From: an uncultured Oscillospiraceae bacterium
Lineage (GTDB): Bacteria > Bacillota > Clostridia > Oscillospirales > Oscillospiraceae
DNA length: 52,103 bases
Reading direction: 5' to 3'
Assembly: GCA_964422185.1 (NCBI GenBank)
Contig: CAYRAG010000003.1
Location: forward strand, 1 to 52,103
Shown here: one piece after another, positions 17,255 through 26,692 of the stretch
How positions within the stretch are numbered: the stretch's first letter is position 1
Layout of the letters: every line of letters starts with the position of its first letter
The notes under the pieces: generated by a model
What the model saw: only the letters and a program-made list of their open reading frames with translations
What the model was told of the DNA's origin: nothing
Database searches by the model: none
Made by a program: the position numbers and the translations under genes

Positions 17255-18289
17255 TCAGACCAGTTCCACGCCGTCATCGCCCCGGACCACGGAGCCGATG
17301 ATATAGGAGCGCTCGCCGTTGAGCGTCAGCAGATTGACGGCGGTGCCGGCCTGTTCTTTCGGGATGGCGATGATCATGCCCACCCCCATGTTGAAGGTGT
17401 GGTACATGTCCCGATCCGGGATACTGCCTTTCTTGGCGAGAATGGAGAAGATGGGCGGCACGGGAACGGACGCGACCTGGATGCGGGCGGTGAGACCCGG
17501 CTTCATCATCCTGGGCACATTCTCAAACCACCCGCCGCCGGTGATGTGGCTGATCGCCCGGATGTCAATCCCGTTCTCCAGCAGGGTCCGGATGACCTGG
17601 ACATAGATGCGCGTGGGCCGGATGAGCTCCTCGCCCAGCGTGCAGCCGAGATCCCGGTAGTAGGTGCTGAGCACCTCCTGATTGACCTCGAAGATTTTGC
17701 GCACCAGGGAGAAGCCGTTGGAGTGCACCCCGCTGGAGGCCAGACCGATGAGCAGATCCCCCTCCTCCAGCCGGGAGCCGTCGATGATCTTCTCCTCATC
17801 CACCAGGCCCACCGCGAAGCCGGCCAGATCGTACTCGTCCGCCGGGTAGAAGCCGGGCATCTCCGCGGTCTCCCCGCCGATGAGCGCGCAGCCCGCCTGG
17901 CGGCAGCCGTCGGCGATTCCGGAGACGATCCGGGCGATGCGCTCCGGCTCGTTTTTCCCGCAGGCGATGTAGTCCAGGAAGAACAGCGGCGCGGCGCCGC
18001 TGCAGATGATGTCGTTGACGCACATGGCCACGCAGTCAATGCCCACGGTGTCGTGTTTGTCCATCAGGCTGGCGATTTTCAGCTTCGTGCCCACGCCGTC
18101 CGTGCCGGAGACGAGCACCGGCCTCTTCATCCCGGACAGGTCAGGGGCGAACATGCCGCCGAAGTTGCCGATGGTGCCCATCACGCCGGGGATATAGGTG
18201 GATTCCACCATCGGCCTGATGAGCCGGACCGCCTCGTAGCCGGCGGTCACATCCACGCCGGCTTTGGCGTAGGAGTCAGAGTTCTTCAT
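17255..18289 (-). CDS. purM: Phosphoribosylformylglycinamidine cyclo-ligase (AIR synthetase)
   Basis: MKNSDSYAKAGVDVTAGYEAV...GTDGVGTKLKIA...DYIACGK. The ATG at 18289 follows GGAGGATTTGAC. The upstream part of the tracked ORF overlaps purF out of frame. Confidence 0.95.
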   Translation of the reverse strand: MKNSDSYAKAGVDVTAGYEAVRLIRPMVESTYIPGVMGTIGNFGGMFAPDLSGMKRPVLVSGTDGVGTKLKIASLMDKHDTVGIDCVAMCVNDIICSGAAPLFFLDYIACGKNEPERIARIVSGIADGCRQAGCALIGGETAEMPGFYPADEYDLAGFAVGLVDEEKIIDGSRLEEGDLLIGLASSGVHSNGFSLVRKIFEVNQEVLSTYYRDLGCTLGEELIRPTRIYVQVIRTLLENGIDIRAISHITGGGWFENVPRMMKPGLTARIQVASVPVPPIFSILAKKGSIPDRDMYHTFNMGVGMIIAIPKEQAGTAVNLLTLNGERSYIIGSVVRGDDGVELV

Positions 18290-18344
18290 GTCAAATCCTC
18301 CAGGTGTGAAAAATATCCGGCCGGGAGCCGGAGACGCGTGCGCC

Positions 18345-19766
18345 TCATTCTTTCCCGTTCCAGCAGTAGGTGCAGACTTTCTCCCGATCCAGCCCGATGG
18401 CCTCCAGCAGGCCGTCCAGTGACTGATACCCCAGGGAGCTGAATCCGAAGTCCCGGCAGATGCGCTCCAGCATGCACTGACCCCGCTCAGTATCCGCGTC
18501 CGCGTACTCCTCCAGGTGCTTCTGGCCCTCATCGCCCTCCAGATCCTGGATAAACCGGCGCGCCAGCAGCTCCATCTCGGAGTTGCTGCGGGAGAAGTTC
18601 AGATACCTGCAGCCGTACATAATGGGCGGGCAGGCGGAGCGCATGTGAACCTCCGCGGCCCCGCTCTCGTAGAGAAAGTCCACCGTCTCCCGCAGCTGGG
18701 TGCCGCGGACGATGGAGTCGTCCACAAACAGAAGCTTCTTCCCCTCAATGAGCTCCGGGACGGGGATCTGCTTCATCTTCGCCACCTGGTTGCGGATCTT
18801 CTGGTCGGTGGGCATGAAAGAGCGCGGCCAGGTGGGCGTGTACTTCACAAACGGGCGGGCGAAATGCTTGCCGCTCTCGTTGGCGTAGCCGATGGCGTGC
18901 GGAATCCCGGAGTCCGGCACGCCGGCCACATAGTTGATATCCTGGGCCAGACCCCGCTTCCGGTCCGCCTGCGCCATAATCGCGCCGTTCCGGTAGCGCA
19001 TCAGCTCCACATTGACGCCCTCGTAATTGGAGTTGGGGTAGCCGTAGTATGTCCAGAGGAAAGCGCAGATCCGCATCTGAGACCCGGGGGGAACCAGGGA
19101 CGCAAAGCCGTCCGCCGTGACCTTCACAATCTCGCCGGGCCCCAGCTCATAGGCGTCCTGATAGCCCAGCTTGTGGTAGGCGAACGACTCAAAGGAGACG
19201 CAGTACCCGTCCTCATTCTTCCCGATGAGCACCGGCAGGCGTCCCACCCTGTCCCGGGCGGCGTAGATGGCGTCCGGCGTGAGCACCAGCAGGGTGGACG
19301 AGCCGTCGATGATCTCCTGGGCGTGCCGGATGCCGGAGACCAGGTCGTCCTCATGGTTGATGAGCGCGGCGGTGAGCTCCGTGGCGTTGACCTTGCCGGA
19401 GCTCATGGCCATAAACTGGTGGCCGGGACTGGAGAAGTATCTGCGGATCAGATCCTCCGCGTTGTTGATGATCCCGACCGTGGTGATGGCGTACAGCCCG
19501 AGATGGGAGCGGACCAGCAGCGGCTGGGGATCCGTGTCGCTGATGCACCCGATGCCGGCGCAGCCGTGGAATTTGTCCAGGTCATTCTCAAATTTCGTGC
19601 GGAACGGGGTGTTCTCGATGTTGTGGATCTGGCGCTGGAAGCCCGTCTGCCGATCGTAGACGATCATGCCGCCCCGCCGGGTACCCAGATGGGAGTGGTA
19701 GTCCACCCCGAAGAAAATGTCAAGCACGCAGTCCCGTTTGGAGATGGTGCCGAAGAAACCGCCCAT
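18345..19766 (-). CDS. purF: Amidophosphoribosyltransferase homolog lacking the N-terminal Cys nucleophile
   Basis: PRTase motif LLFVDDSIVRGTQL and an Ntn-GATase-like N-domain (YHSHLGTRRGGM). The position in the pur operon fits. The N-terminus is MGGFFG rather than MCGxxG. A strong SD (AAGGAGG, 5-nt spacing) fixes the start. Confidence 0.85.
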   Translation of the reverse strand: MGGFFGTISKRDCVLDIFFGVDYHSHLGTRRGGMIVYDRQTGFQRQIHNIENTPFRTKFENDLDKFHGCAGIGCISDTDPQPLLVRSHLGLYAITTVGIINNAEDLIRRYFSSPGHQFMAMSSGKVNATELTAALINHEDDLVSGIRHAQEIIDGSSTLLVLTPDAIYAARDRVGRLPVLIGKNEDGYCVSFESFAYHKLGYQDAYELGPGEIVKVTADGFASLVPPGSQMRICAFLWTYYGYPNSNYEGVNVELMRYRNGAIMAQADRKRGLAQDINYVAGVPDSGIPHAIGYANESGKHFARPFVKYTPTWPRSFMPTDQKIRNQVAKMKQIPVPELIEGKKLLFVDDSIVRGTQLRETVDFLYESGAAEVHMRSACPPIMYGCRYLNFSRSNSEMELLARRFIQDLEGDEGQKHLEEYADADTERGQCMLERICRDFGFSSLGYQSLDGLLEAIGLDREKVCTYCWNGKE

Positions 19767-19835
19767 AGCAACCTCCTTGGGTCTCAGTGAAAGCTCAGCG
19801 CAGGGAGACGGGAACCCGCGGCTCCCGGAACGATG

Positions 19836-20546
19836 TCATTTGCCCAGCAGGCGCCGGCTCATCTCCTGGTAGGCGCCCTCCACATTGCCCAGATCCCGGC
19901 GGAAGCGATCCTTGTCCAGCTTCTCACCGGTCTTCACATCCCAGAAGCGGCAGGTATCCGGAGAGATCTCGTCGGCCAGGACGACCGTGCCGTCCGGCAG
20001 CCGTCCGAACTCCAGCTTGAAATCCACGAGGGTGATGCCGCACGCGAGCAGCTCCGCTTTCAGGAAGTCATTCACGGCGAACGCGTACTTCTTGATGGTG
20101 TCGATCTCCTCCTGCGTGGCGAGCTTCAGCGCCAGGGCGTGATATTCGTTGATCAGGGGGTCGCCCAGGGCGTCGTCCTTGTAGGAGAACTCTATCGTGG
20201 GCGCGTCGAACACGATCCCCTCCGGAACCCCGTACCGGGCCGCGAAGGAGCCGGCGGAGACATTGCGGATAATGACCTCCAGGGGGATGATGGACACCTT
20301 TTTCACCGCGGTCTCCCGCTCGTTCAGCTCCTCGAGGTAGTGGGTGGGGATGCCCGCGTCCTCCAGTTTGCGCATCAGGTGGTTGGTCATCTGGTTGTTG
20401 ATGGCGCCTTTCCCGGCGATGGTGCCTTTCTTTTCCCCGTTGAACGCGGTGGCGTCATCCTTGTAGGAGACGATGACCACATCGGGATCTTCCGTGGCGA
20501 ACACTTTTTTTGCCTTGCCTTCGTAGAGCTGCTCAAGTTTTTTCAT
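19836..20546 (-). CDS. purC: Phosphoribosylaminoimidazole-succinocarboxamide synthase
   Basis: [22 protein letters not shown]...[10 protein letters not shown]...LVDFKLEFG...[14 protein letters not shown] is typical SAICAR synthetase. Confidence 0.95.
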   Translation of the reverse strand: MKKLEQLYEGKAKKVFATEDPDVVIVSYKDDATAFNGEKKGTIAGKGAINNQMTNHLMRKLEDAGIPTHYLEELNERETAVKKVSIIPLEVIIRNVSAGSFAARYGVPEGIVFDAPTIEFSYKDDALGDPLINEYHALALKLATQEEIDTIKKYAFAVNDFLKAELLACGITLVDFKLEFGRLPDGTVVLADEISPDTCRFWDVKTGEKLDKDRFRRDLGNVEGAYQEMSRRLLGK

Positions 20547-20596
20547 CGTTGGATTTCCTTTCCTTATGCTGCGTTTCTCAGGGAACGGCCGCGCAC

Positions 20597-21094
20597 TCAG
20601 CGCAGCTCCGGATCCGCCTGCAGCAGCGCCTCTTTCTCCGCGATCTGCGCGGCCATCTTCTCCCGGGCGGCGTCAAGCTGCGCGGCCAGGCCGGGATCCG
20701 ATACGGCCAGAATCTGCACGGCGAGAACCGCGGCGTTCTTCGCGCCGTTCAGCGCCACCGTCGCCACCGGAATTCCGCCGGGCATCTGCACGGTGGCCAG
20801 CAGCGCGTCCAGCCCGTCCAGCGCGCCGCCCCGGAGGGGGATCCCGATGACCGGAAGGGTGGTATTGGCGGCGATGGCGCCGGCCAGGTGGGCGGCCATG
20901 CCGGCGGCGCAGATGATGACGCCAAACCCGTTTTCGCGGGCGTGCCTGGCGAACTCCGCCGCCTGAGCCGGGGTGCGGTGCGCGCTCATGATATGCGCCT
21001 CAAACGGCACCCCGAATTCTTTCAACTGGGCGCAGGCGGGTTTCACCGCGGGCCAGTCGCTGTCCGATCCCATAATGATGGCGACTTTCAGCAT
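20597..21094 (-). CDS. purE: 5-(carboxyamino)imidazole ribonucleotide mutase
   Basis: [15 protein letters not shown]...SAHRTP...AGMAAHLAG match PurE. The ATG at 21094 follows GAAGGAGGTCAAATC. Confidence 0.93.
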   Translation of the reverse strand: MLKVAIIMGSDSDWPAVKPACAQLKEFGVPFEAHIMSAHRTPAQAAEFARHARENGFGVIICAAGMAAHLAGAIAANTTLPVIGIPLRGGALDGLDALLATVQMPGGIPVATVALNGAKNAAVLAVQILAVSDPGLAAQLDAAREKMAAQIAEKEALLQADPELR

Positions 21095-21278
21095 GATTTG
21101 ACCTCCTTCTCTGCAAACAAACAAACTCAGGCTGTCCGGAGTGTGGGGGACAGCCTGAGTCTGGTTACAATCTGATTTTGGGCATGCCGGTGCGGAGGGA
21201 CAGCGTGAAGTGACCGCGATTTTGTCCGATCAGGTTCATGATCCACCGCACCCCCGTGCCGTTCAGGCCGATTCAGAA
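21095..21278 (-). promoter_or_regulatory. pur operon 5' leader with intrinsic terminator (attenuator or candidate riboswitch, class unassigned)
   Basis: Terminator ACUCAGGCUGUCC-N10-GGACAGCCUGAGU plus UUGUUUGUUUG (21112-21160), 18 nt before the purE SD. An upstream GCUGUCC duplicates the 5' arm and could act as an anti-terminator. A 3-helix junction can be drawn upstream. Confidence 0.6.
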
Positions 21279-21285
21279 CACATAC

Positions 21286-21314
21286 AATATACAGGATCCG
21301 CGCCTGACTGGCAA
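21286..21314 (-). promoter_or_regulatory. Candidate sigma-A promoter of the pur operon
   Basis: Minus-strand TTGCCA, 17-nt spacer, TATATT. Confidence 0.55.
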
Positions 21315-21406
21315 GGGTGCAAAAGAAAATTTGTATGCTTACACAATCCGGAGAGGGCAGGGGACAATTTCCTTGTAAAAGTGCCGATACCCCGCGTTTC
21401 CGCGCA

Positions 21407-22492
21407 TCAGCAGTAGCCCGCGGTGGTGAGGATCCGGCTGACCTCCGCGGCCCGGTTCGACCAGGAAAACCGCTCGCCGTAGGCCCGCCTCCGGCTGGTC
21501 ACCCAGCCCGGGGACTCGGTCAGGGCGGTCTCGCACAGATGGCAGAACTCCTCCGGCGTGTGGGCGGCGTAGATCACATCCGGGAACTGCTCCACCTGAT
21601 CCGGCCAGATCATGGTCACCACCGGCTTCCCGGCAGAGAGATACTCGTAGATGCGGTTGGGGATGACGCCCAGTCCGCGCTCCCGCGTGCGGATCAGGTC
21701 GATGCAGACATCGCAGTGGGTGACATACTCCGGCAGATCCACCAGGGAATCCAGGGCGATATGCCGGACATTCGGCCGGGCGAGCACCCGGGAGAGCAGG
21801 GGATTGCCGGGCTCAATCCAGCCGAACAGCAGGAAATTCCAGTCCGGATGCCGCGTGGCGGTGTACCACAGGGGATAGAGATCCAGATCCGCGGCGACGC
21901 GCCCCGCCCACCCGAACACGGGCCGTGACAGACCCCGCATCTCCGGCGGCACCGGGAGATCGTCCCGGCAGAACATGGGGTGGTTGCTGCCGTTGGGAAT
22001 GAGAACGATATTGTCATTGCACGGGGCGAGGTGATCGGCCAGCTCCCGGGACGCCGCGAAGACCAGGTCTGCGGCGAGGGTCAGATCGCTCTCCCACCGA
22101 ATGGGCAGAGCGGACCAGTCCCGGTCGCAGTCGTAGATCAGCGCCCGGTGCGGAATGATTTCCAGCAGCTGAACCTGTTCCGGCGAGGTGGTCCAGAGCA
22201 GGGGATCCCGGATCCGGTGCCGGTCCAGGACAGATTCGATATAGCGCGCCACGCGCTGCTGCCCCATGTAGTACATCCGCGGCTGGAGTTCGTCATAGGG
22301 CCTGGCGTAGGGCAGGGTGTAGAGCGTCACGCCGGTGCGGACACGGCGGCTCCTGGCGCGGTACTCCCTCCGATCCCCGCCGCAGGGCTGGAAGTAGAGC
22401 ACCTGGGTATCCCGCAGCCGGGTGATCAGGTGCTGGGTGCGGGTGGGAAACGCGGACCAGGGCTCGTGTGAGATACAGACAATCTGATTCAT
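21407..22492 (-). CDS. Glycosyltransferase (GT-B fold, GT1/GT4-like)
   Basis: MNQIVCISHEPW... with a C-terminal half (FGWAGRV..., NRIYEYLSAGKPVV) like the GT-B nucleotide-sugar binding domain. The upstream 300 aa of the tracked 664-aa ORF is non-coding shadow. Confidence 0.7.
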   Translation of the reverse strand: MNQIVCISHEPWSAFPTRTQHLITRLRDTQVLYFQPCGGDRREYRARSRRVRTGVTLYTLPYARPYDELQPRMYYMGQQRVARYIESVLDRHRIRDPLLWTTSPEQVQLLEIIPHRALIYDCDRDWSALPIRWESDLTLAADLVFAASRELADHLAPCNDNIVLIPNGSNHPMFCRDDLPVPPEMRGLSRPVFGWAGRVAADLDLYPLWYTATRHPDWNFLLFGWIEPGNPLLSRVLARPNVRHIALDSLVDLPEYVTHCDVCIDLIRTRERGLGVIPNRIYEYLSAGKPVVTMIWPDQVEQFPDVIYAAHTPEEFCHLCETALTESPGWVTSRRRAYGERFSWSNRAAEVSRILTTAGYC

Positions 22493-22601
22493 GGATCGAG
22501 TTGCGCGGACGCCGTTGACTGCTGTCGTAGGAGAATCGCGCCAATACCCCCTTTCCCGTGGGATGTCCCGGTTCCCCCCGTGCGGCCGGGAACCTGCTGT
22601 T

Positions 22602-22630
22602 ATTATATGGCAGCCCGGCACCTTTTTCAA
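22602..22630 (-). promoter_or_regulatory. Candidate sigma-A promoter of glycosyltransferase gene
   Basis: Minus-strand TTGAAA, 17-nt spacer, TATAAT. Confidence 0.65.
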
Positions 22631-22762
22631 GAGAGGGAGAAAAAAGGCCTCCGCCCGGCGCGGGGGACAGGCGAAGGGAGAACCTCCCGGGAAATTCCCG
22701 CCTCCCGTCCCGGCGCCGTGGAACCGGGCCGTTTTCCCGGGCAGAGGGGAGAAAATCCGGAC

Positions 22763-22791
22763 TTGCCATTTCCCGGGAAATCGGGTAAGAT
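22763..22791 (+). promoter_or_regulatory. Candidate sigma-A promoter of PAP2 gene with an embedded palindrome
   Basis: TTGCCA, 17-nt spacer, TAAGAT. The spacer begins with the perfect 12-bp palindrome TTTCCCGGGAAA (22769-22780). Confidence 0.55.
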
Positions 22792-22825
22792 GGGGCAAAG
22801 CAAAGCGGACAGGGGGAACGGGAAT

Positions 22826-23377
22826 ATGCTCGAGGCACTGCAGGCTGTGGACGGCGGGATTCTGCTGTGGATCCAGACCTTTCTCCGCGGCGTTCTGGAT
22901 CCGGTGGTGGCTTTCTATACGCAGCTGGGCGACGCGGGCTTTATGTGGATTGTCCTGACGGTGGTGCTCCTCCTGTGGAAAAAGACAAGACGGGCCGGTG
23001 TTGCCTCGGCCATCGCCCTGGTATGCAGCCTGATCTGTACGAACCTGATTTTGAAACACCTCTTCACCCGGCCCCGGCCGTGGCTGGAGGTGGCGGGGCT
23101 TGTCCCCATTGTCAACGAGACGGATCCCAACTCCTTTCCGTCCGGACACACCAGCGCGGCGTTCGCGGCCGTCTGCGCGTGGTGGCCGAATCTGCCGTGG
23201 AAGTGGGCGAAGATCACCGCCGTGGGGCTGGCGGCTCTCATGGCGCTGTCCCGCCTGTATGTGGGCGTCCACTATCCCAGCGATGTGCTGGCGGGCGTCC
23301 TGGTGGGGCTCTTCTGCGGCTGGATCGCCAATGTCCTGCTCAACCGGATCCGGCCCCGGGAGGAGCAGCCGCGCTGA
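22826..23377 (+). CDS. PAP2-family phosphatase (membrane lipid/undecaprenyl-PP phosphatase type)
   Basis: Contains the KxxxxxxRP (KHLFTRPRP), PSGH (FPSGHTS) and SRxxxxxHxxxD (SRLYVGVHYPSD) acid phosphatase motifs. Membrane protein. Confidence 0.88.
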   Translation: MLEALQAVDGGILLWIQTFLRGVLDPVVAFYTQLGDAGFMWIVLTVVLLLWKKTRRAGVASAIALVCSLICTNLILKHLFTRPRPWLEVAGLVPIVNETDPNSFPSGHTSAAFAAVCAWWPNLPWKWAKITAVGLAALMALSRLYVGVHYPSDVLAGVLVGLFCGWIANVLLNRIRPREEQPR

Positions 23378-23381
23378 GCGG

Positions 23382-23427
23382 AAAAAAGAAACAGGGCTCA
23401 CAGAGAACCGTGAGTCCTGTTTTTTTG
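23382..23427. terminator. Bidirectional terminator between PAP2 gene and rplL
   Basis: AAAAAAGAAACAGGGCTCAC-agagaacc-GTGAGTCCTGTTTTTTT. Confidence 0.85.
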
Positions 23428-23434
23428 CTCTTTG

Positions 23435-23809
23435 TTACTTCAGCTCCACCTTGGCGCCAACATCCTCGAGCTTCTTCTTGAGCTCCTCGGCCTCCTCCTT
23501 GGAGACCGCCTCCTTGATCGTCTTGGGGGCGGCTTCGACGGTGGCCTTCGCCTCGGCGAGGCCCAGACCGGTGATCTCGCGGACGGCCTTGATGACCTTG
23601 ATCTTCTCCGTGCCGAAATCCGCCAGCACGACATCGAACTCGGTCTTCTCCTCCACGGGCTCCGCGGCGGCGGCACCGGCGGCGGGTGCGGCCATGGCGG
23701 CGGCGGATACGCCAAACTCTTCTTCCAGGGTCTTGACCAGCTCGGACAGCTCAAGAACGGTCAGAGCCTTCACTTCCTCAACAATCGCAGCAACTTTTTC
23801 ACTGGCCAT
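23435..23809 (-). CDS. rplL: 50S ribosomal protein L7/L12
   Basis: [26 protein letters not shown]...[20 protein letters not shown]...[11 protein letters not shown]. Confidence 0.97.
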   Translation of the reverse strand: MASEKVAAIVEEVKALTVLELSELVKTLEEEFGVSAAAMAAPAAGAAAAEPVEEKTEFDVVLADFGTEKIKVIKAVREITGLGLAEAKATVEAAPKTIKEAVSKEEAEELKKKLEDVGAKVELK

Positions 23810-23876
23810 GGTGGTAATACCTCCTGTAATGATGGATTGAGTCAATTTGATTTCTTCAGAAATGAGCGGAAACCGG

Positions 23877-24404
23877 TTACTCCGCTGCGGGGGCCTCTTC
23901 GGCGTTTCCGCCCTTCTGCTCGGCGATGGCCTTGATCACCACCGCGAAACTGGTGATGGGGGCCAGCATCATCCCGAGCGTCTGCGCCAGCAGGGCGTCT
24001 TTGGACGGCAGCTCAGCCAGCGCGGCGATCTCCTCCAGGGAGAGAACCTTTCCGTCCATGAAGCCGCCCTTGATGGAGAACTTGTCGCCAAGCTGTTTGG
24101 CGTACTTGTTGACCACGCGCATGGGGGCGATGGGGTCGCCGTTGCTGGTGGCCAGGGAAGTGGTGCCGTTGAGCAGGGGATCCAGTTCGTCCAGACCCGC
24201 GTTCTTAATGGCGAAACGGGCCATGGTGTTCTTCACCACGCCGTAAGTCACATCGTTCTGGCGCAGCTCCACCCGCAGCGCGGTGTCCTCGGCGACCGTG
24301 ATGCCCTTGTAGTCTACCAGCACACCGCTGGCGGCATTCTTCAGCTGATCGGTCAGGGCGCTGACCACGGCCTGTTTTTCCGAAAGTACCTTTGCGTTAG
24401 GCAT
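23877..24404 (-). CDS. rplJ: 50S ribosomal protein L10
   Basis: [44 protein letters not shown]..., immediately upstream of rplL. Confidence 0.96.
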   Translation of the reverse strand: MPNAKVLSEKQAVVSALTDQLKNAASGVLVDYKGITVAEDTALRVELRQNDVTYGVVKNTMARFAIKNAGLDELDPLLNGTTSLATSNGDPIAPMRVVNKYAKQLGDKFSIKGGFMDGKVLSLEEIAALAELPSKDALLAQTLGMMLAPITSFAVVIKAIAEQKGGNAEEAPAAE

Positions 24405-24640
24405 AATAGTATGGATTCACCTCCGAAGCAAAATAAAATCCTCCGCGTCAAAAGACAGGAGGAAGCACAGATAAAGATCGTTCTCTTTCCATGCACTCTC
24501 GGCAGGATTTACCCTCCCTGCGGAAGACCTGCTGTCTTTGAACGCGTGTGTACTATAGCACCCGGCACCGCCTTTGTCAAGGCAAAAGCTGCCGGTTTTG
24601 CCGCCGGGGCGCAGATCCGTCCCGGCGGCGCGGGGTGAGA
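24405..24640 (-). promoter_or_regulatory. Probable L10 leader (autoregulatory 5' UTR of rplJL)
   Basis: A 266-nt untranslated gap between rplA and rplJ, where Firmicutes carry the L10(L12)4-binding leader. The structure was not verified here. Confidence 0.4.
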
Positions 24641-24670
24641 CTTTGTTTCGCCCATGCGGGGCGAACCGGC

Positions 24671-25363
24671 TCAGGTCAGCTTCGCCGCGTTGACGCGCAC
24701 GGCGGGCCCCATGGTGGAGGCCACGGTGCACGAGCGGATATACTGGCCTTTCGCGGCGGCGGGTTTCGCCTTGATGATGGCGCCCATGAGGGCGTTGAAG
24801 TTCTCCGTCAGCTTCTCCGTGCCGAAAGACACCTTGCCGATGGGGCAGTGGATGATATTCGTCTTATCCAGACGGTACTCCACCTTACCGGCCTTGATCT
24901 CATTGACGGCCTGCGCCACATTGGGGGTGACCGTGCCGGCCTTGGGGGAGGGCATCAGACCCTTGGGGCCGAGCACCTTGCCCAGGCGGCCCACAATGCT
25001 CATCATATCCGGTGTGGCGACCACCACATCGAAGTCAAACCAGTTCTCTTTCTGGATCTTCTCCACCAGCTCCATGCCGCCGGCATAGTCGGCGCCGGCC
25101 GCCAGCGCCTCGTCGACCTTGGCGTCCTTGGCGAAGACCAGCACCTTGCGGGTCTTGCCGGTGCCGTGGGGCAGCACGATGGCGCCGCGAACCTGCTGAT
25201 CCGCGTGGCGGGAGTCCACGCCCAGCTTCACATGCAGCTCGACGGTCTCGTCAAATTTAGCGGGAGCGGCTTTGACGACCAGATCCATGGCCTCGGCGGT
25301 GTCGTACAGATTCGTGCGGTCAATGAGCTTCGCGCCATCCTGATATTTCTTGCCTCTCGTCAT
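24671..25363 (-). CDS. rplA: 50S ribosomal protein L1
   Basis: [21 protein letters not shown]...[17 protein letters not shown].... The ATG at 25363 follows AAGGAG. Confidence 0.96.
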   Translation of the reverse strand: MTRGKKYQDGAKLIDRTNLYDTAEAMDLVVKAAPAKFDETVELHVKLGVDSRHADQQVRGAIVLPHGTGKTRKVLVFAKDAKVDEALAAGADYAGGMELVEKIQKENWFDFDVVVATPDMMSIVGRLGKVLGPKGLMPSPKAGTVTPNVAQAVNEIKAGKVEYRLDKTNIIHCPIGKVSFGTEKLTENFNALMGAIIKAKPAAAKGQYIRSCTVASTMGPAVRVNAAKLT

Positions 25364-25376
25364 TTCTACACACTCC

Positions 25377-25802
25377 TTAATCTGCCACGACAACGCCCAT
25401 GGAGCGGGCGGTGCCGGCGATCATACTCATCGCCGCCTCAATGCTGGCCGCGTTCAGGTCAGGCATCTTGATCTCGGCGATTTTGCGCACATCTTCCCTG
25501 CTGATGGTGGCGACTTTCGTCTTATTCGGCACGCCGGAGCCGGACTCGATGTTGCAGTACTTCTTGATGAGAACCGCGGCGGGCGGAGTTTTCGTGATAA
25601 AGGTGAACGAGCGATCCGCGTAGACGGTAATCACCACGGGGATGATCATGCCCACATCGTTCTTGGTGCGCTCGTTGAATTCCTTGGTAAAGGCGGCGAT
25701 ATTCACGCCGTGCTGGCCGAGGGCGGGCCCCACGGGAGGGGCGGGCGTCGCCTTGCCGGCGGGAATCTGAAGTTTGACATATCCTGTTACTTTCTGTGCC
25801 AC
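25377..25802 (-). CDS. rplK: 50S ribosomal protein L11
   Basis: [35 protein letters not shown].... GTG start after GGAGGTG. Confidence 0.96.
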   Translation of the reverse strand: MAQKVTGYVKLQIPAGKATPAPPVGPALGQHGVNIAAFTKEFNERTKNDVGMIIPVVITVYADRSFTFITKTPPAAVLIKKYCNIESGSGVPNKTKVATISREDVRKIAEIKMPDLNAASIEAAMSMIAGTARSMGVVVAD

Positions 25803-25833
25803 TTAAGAGCACCTCCAAATCGAAAAAGTGTGG

Positions 25834-25861
25834 TAAAAAGGCGGAACAGCATCTGTTCCTC
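25834..25861 (-). terminator. Possible attenuator/terminator hairpin between nusG and rplK
   Basis: Minus sense GGAACAG-AUG-CUGUUCC followed by GCCUUUUUACC. Confidence 0.4.
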
Positions 25862-25890
25862 CCACAGGCGGCCCCTGCCGCCGGACTGAG

Positions 25891-26415
25891 TTACGATTCG
25901 AGCGGTTCCACCTGATCCAGGTTCAGCTCCACGGGGGTCTCCCGGCCGAACATGGAAACCACCACCCGGACTTTCTGGTGATCCAGGTCGATCTCGTCCA
26001 CCGTGCCCAGGAAAGACTCCAGGGCGCCGGCCGTGATTTTCACGGTTTCGCCCTCATGATACCCTACGACGATATCCCGCTTCTCCACGCCCAGAGACAG
26101 CACATCCTCCTCCGTCAGGGGAATGGGATTGTTGCCGGAACCCAGAAATCCGGTGACGCCGCGGATATTGCGGATCACATGCCAGCATTCGTCTGTCATG
26201 ATCATCTTGACCAGCACATAGCCGGGGAAGATTTTCCGCTCCACCTCCTTGGCGCCGCTGTCGGTGATCTCCGTCACGGTCTCCATGGGGATACTGATCT
26301 CCTGGATGAAGTCATGCAGACCGCGGTTCTCCACATACTTCTCAATGGTGGCTTTCACCGTGTTCTCATAGCCGGAGTAGGTGTGGACGACATACCACTG
26401 TGCGCTTTCAGACAT
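25891..26415 (-). CDS. nusG: Transcription termination/antitermination factor NusG
   Basis: WYVVHTYSGYENTVK... (NGN domain) and a C-terminal KOW motif (GETVKITAGALESFLGTVDEID). Confidence 0.96.
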   Translation of the reverse strand: MSESAQWYVVHTYSGYENTVKATIEKYVENRGLHDFIQEISIPMETVTEITDSGAKEVERKIFPGYVLVKMIMTDECWHVIRNIRGVTGFLGSGNNPIPLTEEDVLSLGVEKRDIVVGYHEGETVKITAGALESFLGTVDEIDLDHQKVRVVVSMFGRETPVELNLDQVEPLES

Positions 26416-26422
26416 AGGACAG

Positions 26423-26659
26423 TTACCCCAGGCCCTGAGCCAGCGAGATCAGCGCGCTGATGATATTGGTTGCGAGGAAGTCAAACAGCCAGATACACAC
26501 GCCGACGATAATGACGCACACGATGACGATGAGCGTGTTGTTGGCCGTCTGTTTTGCGGTGGGCCACTGCACTTTCTTCAACTCGCTCTTCATATCCCGG
26601 AACCATTTGCCGATGCGTTTGAAAATGCTGACTTTCTTCTTCTCAGTAGCTTCTGCCAT
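26423..26659 (-). CDS. secE: Preprotein translocase subunit SecE
   Basis: 78 aa, KWFRDMKSELKKVQWPT... followed by a single TM segment. Located between rpmG and nusG. Confidence 0.9.
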   Translation of the reverse strand: MAEATEKKKVSIFKRIGKWFRDMKSELKKVQWPTAKQTANNTLIVIVCVIIVGVCIWLFDFLATNIISALISLAQGLG

Positions 26660-26692
26660 GAATACCCTTCTTTCTTATCCGAGCCTGCCGGA

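Noticed and set aside
21095-21278. Purine (guanine/adenine), ZTP or PRPP riboswitch in the purE leader.
   Set aside because: I looked for the conserved junction and loop strings of the purine aptamer, the CCGCCUGGGC element of ZTP and ykkC-type GGGUUCCG / ACACGG motifs on the coding strand and found none. I kept it only as an unassigned attenuator or candidate aptamer.
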